From an uncultured delta proteobacterium (GTDB lineage: Bacteria; Desulfobacterota; Binatia; Binatales; Binataceae): a DNA stretch of 64,000 bases. Numbering within the stretch: position 1 is the stretch's first letter; each line of letters opens with the position of its first letter. Location of the stretch: positions 258,384-322,383 of the forward strand of contig CAWIHG010000008.1 of assembly GCA_963835905.1 (NCBI GenBank), given 5' to 3'. The position numbers and the translations under genes are program-made. The notes beneath the pieces are model-generated. The model saw only the letters and a list, made by a program, of their open reading frames with translations, had not been told where the DNA came from and ran no database searches. Below are positions 59,145 through 64,000 of the stretch, piece after piece.

Positions 59145-59720
59145 TCATCGGCACACCGCGGTCATCCGGCAATTCAGCTTGTTGCTGAAATGATCGCCGA
59201 AGTACTCCAGCCCCTTGTTCGGGCAGAACGTGAAAGCACCCGGATGGTACCATCCGCCCTCCATCGTCGCGTCGACCCCGGCCTCGCGCTTGTTGGGCGC
59301 GGAAGCAAGCCATGCCCCGTGCTCCTTGACCAGGTAGATATTAAGCGCGCTGGCCTCGGCGGGGGGCACGTCCTTGGTTTGCGGCTTGAACTCCACGGCC
59401 TGCACGACCGCGTCGTCGCTTGACGAGCGCAGCACTTTGACCTGGCCGTTATAGTCGACGGCGAGCTTGGGGCCGGTCGCAAGCGGCCGCAGCTCCTCCG
59501 CGGTGAGATGCTTGGCGTACTTGTGAACGGTGAGCGCCTTGACGGCGTCGAGGTTGTTGTCGGCGATCGCCTTGAAGAGCTTTTCGCCAGCCGCGGTGAT
59601 GGCCGCGTCCTCACTCGCACCGGCCGCGGCTTGGGCGCGCGCAATCGACGGCGCAAAGGCGAGCGCAATACCAAGCGCTGCGGACGCGGAAATCGCTACG
59701 AGCTGTCTGATTGAATTCAT
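59145..59720 (-). CDS. Secreted hypothetical protein (191 aa)
   Basis: Signal peptide (AFAPSIARAQA); antisense insertion between rimM and trmD. Confidence 0.5.
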   Translation of the reverse strand: MNSIRQLVAISASAALGIALAFAPSIARAQAAAGASEDAAITAAGEKLFKAIADNNLDAVKALTVHKYAKHLTAEELRPLATGPKLAVDYNGQVKVLRSSSDDAVVQAVEFKPQTKDVPPAEASALNIYLVKEHGAWLASAPNKREAGVDATMEGGWYHPGAFTFCPNKGLEYFGDHFSNKLNCRMTAVCR

Positions 59721-59854
59721 CCTGTTCCTCCGGCCTGAGCCTAACTAGCACTCAAAAAACGGCGGCTGCAAGAGCAGACGGCTGCGCGACGGCATCCGGG
59801 ACGCCGCGGCGGCGCGCGCTCCGTTCGCAACGTCAGGACCGGCGCCGCGCTCTT

Positions 59855-59996
59855 TTCCGTCATCCCGAGCGAAGCCGAGGGATCCCGGATCCGGGATTTC
59901 TCGACTCCGCCCGCAACGGGCTCCGCTCGAAATGACGGAGGGCCGCCCACTGCGGGCTCCGCTCGAAATGACGGAAGGCCGCCCGCAATGGGCGGA
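59855..59996. repeat. REP-like element cluster (one forward B-like core, CCGGATCCGG palindrome, two inverted 22-bp copies)
   Basis: gtcatcccgagcgaagccgagggatc, then gggctccgctcgaaatgacgga twice, which is the reverse complement of the core. Confidence 0.7.
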
Positions 59997-60072
59997 GCCT
60001 GCGCCGCGCCGGCTGGTCCGACGGTGCGCGCGCGGATAAATTAGGACCTGCGCCGGCCCGCGCGCTCCCCGG

Positions 60073-60759
60073 ATGGATTTCCACGTAATCACGCTGTTCC
60101 CCGAGATGTTCTCGTCGCCGTTCTCCTCGGGAATAATCGCGCGCGCAATCGAGCAGCAGATAATCGGCCTGAAGCTTCATCCGCTGCGCCCCTTCGGCCT
60201 GAGCAATTACCGGCAGGTCGACGACGCGCCGTACGGAGGGGGCAGCGGGATGGTGATGCGGCCGGAGCCGATCGCGGCCGCGATCGATTCGGTCACCGCC
60301 ACCAATCCCGCGCTGTGGAAGATCCTGATGACGCCGCAGGGCGAGGTCTTCGACCAGGCGCTTGCGCGCGAGCTGGCGGGCCGCGGCGGCGGGCTGCTGC
60401 TCGTGGCGGGGCGCTACGAGGGAATCGACGAGCGGGTGCGCTCGCTGGTGGACCAGGAAATCTCGATCGGCGATTACGTGCTGTCGGGCGGCGAGATACC
60501 CGCGATGGCGGTTATCGAGGCGGTCGCGCGGCTGGTGCCGGGCGTGCTCGGCAATCCCGACTCGCTTAGCGAGGAATCGTTCGCCGAGGGGACCCTGGAA
60601 TATCCGCAGTACACGCGGCCCGAGGAGTTCCGCGGGATGCGGGTGCCCGAAATCCTGCTCAGCGGCGACCATGGCAAGATCCGCGCGTGGCGGCGCGAGG
60701 AAGCCCGGCGCCGGACCGCGCGCCGGCGCCCGGACCTGGGCGTGCGGCGCAAACCGTGA
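60073..60759 (+). CDS. trmD: tRNA (guanine37-N1)-methyltransferase
   Basis: SPOUT knot motifs and TrmD-specific [16 protein letters not shown]. Confidence 0.95.
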   Translation: MDFHVITLFPEMFSSPFSSGIIARAIEQQIIGLKLHPLRPFGLSNYRQVDDAPYGGGSGMVMRPEPIAAAIDSVTATNPALWKILMTPQGEVFDQALARELAGRGGGLLLVAGRYEGIDERVRSLVDQEISIGDYVLSGGEIPAMAVIEAVARLVPGVLGNPDSLSEESFAEGTLEYPQYTRPEEFRGMRVPEILLSGDHGKIRAWRREEARRRTARRRPDLGVRRKP

Positions 60760-61319
60760 GCACCGCCGATCTGTTCGTCGCCCTGCTCCACTATCCGGTC
60801 GTCGATCGCACCGGACGGATCGTGACCTCGGCGATCACCAGCCTCGACCTCCATGATATCGCACGCTCGGCGCGGACTTACGGCGTGCGCGGGTTCTTCG
60901 TCGTGCATCCGATTCCGGAGCAGCGCGGGTTCGCCGCATCCGTGATCGATCACTGGCGGTTCGATTTCGGGCGCGCGCACGACTCGCGCCGGCGCGAGGC
61001 GCTGGCGCTGGTCGAGATCGTCGCGGACCTCGACGCCGCGACCGCGGCGGCCGAGCGGATCGCGGGTGCGCGCCCGACCCTGGTCCACACCTCGGCGCGC
61101 AATCAATCGGGGCTGACCTTTGCCGAGTTGCGCGGCCGGATGGAAGTGGCGGGCGCCGCGCCGGTCATGCTCCTGCTCGGGACCGGATTCGGGTTCGCGC
61201 CGGCCATCCGGGAGCGGGCCGACCTGGCGCTGGAACCGATTGCCGGCGCGACCGATTACAACCATCTGTCGGTGCGCGCCGCCGTTGCGATCATGCTCGA
61301 CAGGCTGCGCGGGCGCTGA
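60756..61319 (+). CDS. SPOUT-superfamily RNA methyltransferase-like protein
   Basis: GTG start overlapping the trmD stop; C-terminal LLLGTGFG and [16 protein letters not shown] resemble SPOUT motifs 2 and 3. Confidence 0.45.
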   Translation: MSTADLFVALLHYPVVDRTGRIVTSAITSLDLHDIARSARTYGVRGFFVVHPIPEQRGFAASVIDHWRFDFGRAHDSRRREALALVEIVADLDAATAAAERIAGARPTLVHTSARNQSGLTFAELRGRMEVAGAAPVMLLLGTGFGFAPAIRERADLALEPIAGATDYNHLSVRAAVAIMLDRLRGR

Positions 61320-61386
61320 GCGCCGCCCACGGCGCCGCTTCCCGTTGCGATGCACAAGGGGCATCATATCGGCGGAGCGCGACGCG

Positions 61387-61905
61387 ATGACGTGGAGACA
61401 TAATCCGCCGACACGGGGTTTGCTGTGCGCCGCGATCGCAGCGGCCACGATGCTCGCGGGATGCGCGACCACGGCGGTGCCCGTCGGCGGCTCCCGCGCC
61501 GGGGCCCTGCTGCCCGACCGCGCCCGCGCACTCATCCAGCATTGCCCCGAGCTTGCGTGTACCGCCGCCGAGGTGCCGGGATGCGGCTTCGGCGAGGACG
61601 TGGAAGCCGGCGGTATCACGATGCGCGCCGAGATCGAATGCGCCCGCGATGGCGCCGGGACCGCATGCGTGGAGCGGCGCAAGCCGGTGGGCGGCGAGAA
61701 TCTGACTCTGCAGAATCAGCGGCTGAACTTCCGATGCGCCGGCGATCCGCTGACCTGCGTGGTTACGGGCGGCAGCGCGATGTGGCCGGAGCCGGCGGCG
61801 ATAGCGGGCGGGGCGGCAAGCGGCCCCGAACTCTCTTGCCATGCACCGCGGCGGGCAGGACCCGCGCCGGCGCCGCACAGCATCCCCGGCCCCGACACCG
61901 CGTAA
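61387..61905 (+). CDS. Cys-rich hypothetical lipoprotein
   Basis: Lipobox (MLAGCAT); the last ~70 nt belong to the duplicated block that flanks the GIY-YIG cassette. Confidence 0.45.
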   Translation: MTWRHNPPTRGLLCAAIAAATMLAGCATTAVPVGGSRAGALLPDRARALIQHCPELACTAAEVPGCGFGEDVEAGGITMRAEIECARDGAGTACVERRKPVGGENLTLQNQRLNFRCAGDPLTCVVTGGSAMWPEPAAIAGGAASGPELSCHAPRRAGPAPAPHSIPGPDTA

Positions 61906-62061
61906 AGCGCGCGCGACGAGCGACGGCGCCAGGGTCTGGGGCGGATTGATCGCATGTGCGACACGCATCAGCGGCGTTCCTCGCGATCCCTAATGATACC
62001 CCGATTTTCCTCAACACCCGCCCGTAATGCTGAATACTTGGCCGTAATGCTGAACATCCGG

Positions 62062-62108
62062 CCATCATCCTGAACGAAGTGAAGGATCTCGCGCGGTCCT
62101 CCGCGCGC
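62062..62108 (+). repeat. REP-like element B, forward copy (left inverted repeat of the GIY-YIG cassette)
   Basis: tcatcctgaacgaagtgaaggatctcgcgcggtcctccgcgcgc; ends 9 nt before the GIY-YIG ATG. Confidence 0.8.
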
Positions 62109-62116
62109 TTCTGAAA

Positions 62117-62437
62117 ATGCGCCGCACCTATTGCGTGTACATCATGAGCAGCAAGTCCGGTGTGCTCTGCATCGGCTCGACCAGCGATCTCGAGCGACGC
62201 GTGATCGAACACAAGCAGGGATTATTCCCAGGCTTCACGAGAAAATACCGGGTGAACCCACTCGTGTACTTCGAAGAGTTCGAGCGGGCAACTCAGATGG
62301 TAGAGCGCGAGCGACGGCTGAAGGGCTGGACCAGGCAAAAGAAGCTCGAATTGATTCACAGCCAGAACCCCGAGATGGTTGATTACGCGCGGAGGACCGC
62401 GCGAGATCCTTCGCTCCGCGGACTTCGCTCAGGATGA
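62117..62437 (+). CDS. GIY-YIG nuclease family protein (small YhbQ/COG2827-like)
   Basis: YCVYIMSSKSGVLCIGSTSDLERRVIEHKQG..YFEEFE...RERRLKGWTRQKKLELI..NP matches the GIY-YIG/URI domain; the C-terminal 15 codons run into the inverted REP-like element. Confidence 0.85.
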   Translation: MRRTYCVYIMSSKSGVLCIGSTSDLERRVIEHKQGLFPGFTRKYRVNPLVYFEEFERATQMVERERRLKGWTRQKKLELIHSQNPEMVDYARRTARDPSLRGLRSG

Positions 62438-62438
62438 C
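62386..62438 (-). repeat. REP-like element B, inverted copy (right inverted repeat of the GIY-YIG cassette)
   Basis: Reverse complement is gtcatcctgagcgaagtccgcggagcgaaggatctcgcgcggtcctccgcgc; it contains the GIY-YIG stop codon. Confidence 0.8.
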
Positions 62439-62778
62439 GACTGGAGCTGGTGCGCCGTGGTTGAGCGCACGGGACATAAGCGGGGCTCGAGCGTCAGGCG
62501 CCGAGCTCTCTTGCCAGGCACGCGGCGGGCCGGACCCGCCCCGGCGCCGCACAGCATCCCCGGCCCCGACACCGCGCAAGGCGCGCGCGACGAGCGACGG
62601 CGCCAGGGTCTGGGGCGGATTGATCGCATGTGCGACACGCATCAGCGGCGTTCCTCGCGATCCCTGATGACACCCCGATTTTCCTCAACAATCGGCCGTC
62701 GCGCTGAACACGGCGCAGTCATGCTGCAGACCCGCCCGTCGTCGAGAACACCCGCCCGTCACGCTGAACGCTCTGTCC

Positions 62779-62823
62779 GTCATCCTGAGCGCAGCGAAGG
62801 ATCTCGCGCAGTCTTCCGCGCGC
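62779..62823 (+). repeat. REP-like element B, forward solo copy
   Basis: gtcatcctgagcgcagcgaaggatctcgcgcagtcttccgcgcgc. Confidence 0.8.
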
Positions 62824-62910
62824 CTGTTCGTCGGTTCACCGCTACGTGAAGCGTCCGGAGAAATACGACGACGCTCATTTGGGAGAGTATCGCCGGGCGG
62901 CACGCTAATT

Positions 62911-63150
62911 TTATCTGTCAATCTTAACCGCCCGCCGCCAGAGCCAACCCAGAAGCTCGTGCCAGTACCATCCGAATAGCCGCACCACAAACCAGCCGAA
63001 GCAGATCGCGGTGGCGATCGCGAAAATCACGGAAAGCCATCGCGTGCCGTATGCCGCTCCCGCCAGAATTCCGAAGACCCACGCCATGACGAGCGCAATA
63101 TAGGCGGACGGGCGAAGCCTGGGCCTGCCGTCTGGTTGCTGTGATGGCAT
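62911..63150 (-). CDS. Hypothetical small membrane protein (79 aa, 2 TM)
   Basis: ORF with two hydrophobic helices and a Trp-rich tail; no known domain. Confidence 0.4.
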   Translation of the reverse strand: MPSQQPDGRPRLRPSAYIALVMAWVFGILAGAAYGTRWLSVIFAIATAICFGWFVVRLFGWYWHELLGWLWRRAVKIDR

Positions 63151-63211
63151 AGCGCTGCGCCGATCAGGTTCGCCGGGAGTGGGTAAATTTTGGGGCGCGG
63201 ATTTTCATGTT

Positions 63212-63252
63212 GTCATTCTGAAGCTATACCGCTGCCCTTTCGAGGGCAGGCT
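63212..63252. repeat. REP-like element variant with tetraloop hairpin
   Basis: gtcattctgaagctataccg + CTGCCCT-TTCG-AGGGCAG. Confidence 0.5.
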
Positions 63253-63499
63253 CCACGCACGGGTAAGCGCGAGAGGCCCGGCGGCACTTGCACCAGGAGT
63301 CGGCCCAGCGATCCAAATCGGCGGGAAGCCGGGATTCTACCGGTCAAGCCAGCGCCAGCGCTGGCTTGGACCTTCACAATGTCAGCCTCCAGGATCGCCC
63401 CATCAAGATGAGCGATTGCCACGCCGCGCCCGCGCTATTGTTTCCGGCGCCACTATTCGATACGTTTCCTAGCTCGACCCCCGGCGGTCACAAACTCCC

Positions 63500-63844
63500 A
63501 TGAATAGCGTCATCAAGAAGCTCGAAGAGCGGGGGCTGCGCAGCGAACTCCCCGATTTCCGCGTCGGCGACACGGTCCGTTTGCAGGTCAAGGTCATCGA
63601 GGGCGAGAAGGAGCGCATCCAGCCCTTCGAAGGCGTCGTGATCCGGATCAACGGGGGCAGCAACCGCGCCACCTTCACCGTCCGCAAGGTTTCCTACGGC
63701 GTGGGCGTGGAGCGAATCTTTCCGGTCAATTCGAGCCGGCTCGAGAAAATCGAAGTGCTGAGCCGGGCCCGAGTCCGCCGCGCGCGGCTGTACTACCTGC
63801 GCCAGCGCTCTGGCAAAGCCGCCCGTCTCGAAACGAGATCCTGA
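63500..63844 (+). CDS. rplS: 50S ribosomal protein L19
   Basis: [13 protein letters not shown]...[10 protein letters not shown]...[14 protein letters not shown]...RRARLYYLR signature. Confidence 0.95.
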   Translation: MNSVIKKLEERGLRSELPDFRVGDTVRLQVKVIEGEKERIQPFEGVVIRINGGSNRATFTVRKVSYGVGVERIFPVNSSRLEKIEVLSRARVRRARLYYLRQRSGKAARLETRS

Positions 63845-63872
63845 GCGCGGCGGCGCGCGATGCGCCGCCAAT

Positions 63873-64000
63873 CAGTCGGTCTTGGGACTTCGGGTCATCC
63901 GCACGTGGCCCCAGAGCTGCGCGCCCTCGCAAATCGTCAGGCTCTCGGTTTCGATATTGCCGTGGACTCTCCCGTGCGGCCCAATCACCACGCGCCGGGT
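63873..64000 (-). CDS. Bactofilin-family protein, C-terminal fragment at the window edge
   Basis: Minus-strand translation ...VVIGPHGRVHGNIETESLTICEGAQLWGHVRMTRSPKTD* has the bactofilin beta-helix repeat pattern. Confidence 0.55.

Noticed and set aside
61291-62642. Twin minus-strand ORFs both starting MRVAHAINPPQTLAPSLVARALRGVGAGDAVRRR (61291-61968 and 62235-62642)
   Set aside because: Their identical N-termini come from the direct duplication flanking the GIY-YIG cassette. They are antisense to the lipoprotein and GIY-YIG genes and have junk composition.

Overview
This is a high-GC (about 68%) bacterial chromosomal segment, almost fully coding. Its gene content and repeat families suggest an environmental or soil lineage, but I cannot place it taxonomically from sequence alone.

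Most of the window is housekeeping. The clear blocks are def-fmt-rsmB, aroC-aroK-aroB, lspA-ileS, ppdK, glyQS, priA, rpe, plsY, a P-II gene, tRNA-Pro(CGG), and ffh-rpsP-KH-rimM-trmD with rplS displaced downstream.

Accessory content includes:
- a tightly overlapping minus-strand string ending in a LuxE-like acyl-protein synthetase / LuxC-like acyl-CoA reductase / class-III aminotransferase trio (a possible fatty acid to aldehyde to amine module);
- four family-III CoA-transferases in two tandem pairs, with an acyl-CoA dehydrogenase, a GST and hydrolases;
- an ECF sigma / anti-sigma pair next to RnfD-like and DUF2330-like genes.

The most unusual feature is a family of REP-like palindromic elements (core GTCATYCYGAGCGAAGCGAAGGATCTCGCGCGGTCCTCCGCGCG) found at six or more intergenic loci. 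At one locus two copies sit in inverted orientation and tightly flank a small GIY-YIG nuclease gene. That cassette is bracketed by a ~270-320 bp direct duplication and by ~20-bp tandem repeats. It sits, together with other insertions, inside the normally contiguous rimM-trmD-rplS operon. I read it as a candidate REP-associated GIY-YIG mobile or selfish unit, analogous to REP/RAYT systems but with a different nuclease.

There is also a ~1 kb structured non-coding region between ileS and an iminopeptidase gene, holding nested inverted and direct repeats, and GTGAAA-type tandem motifs recur at three loci.

All calls rest on reading motifs and overlaps directly from the sequence; no database searches were run.
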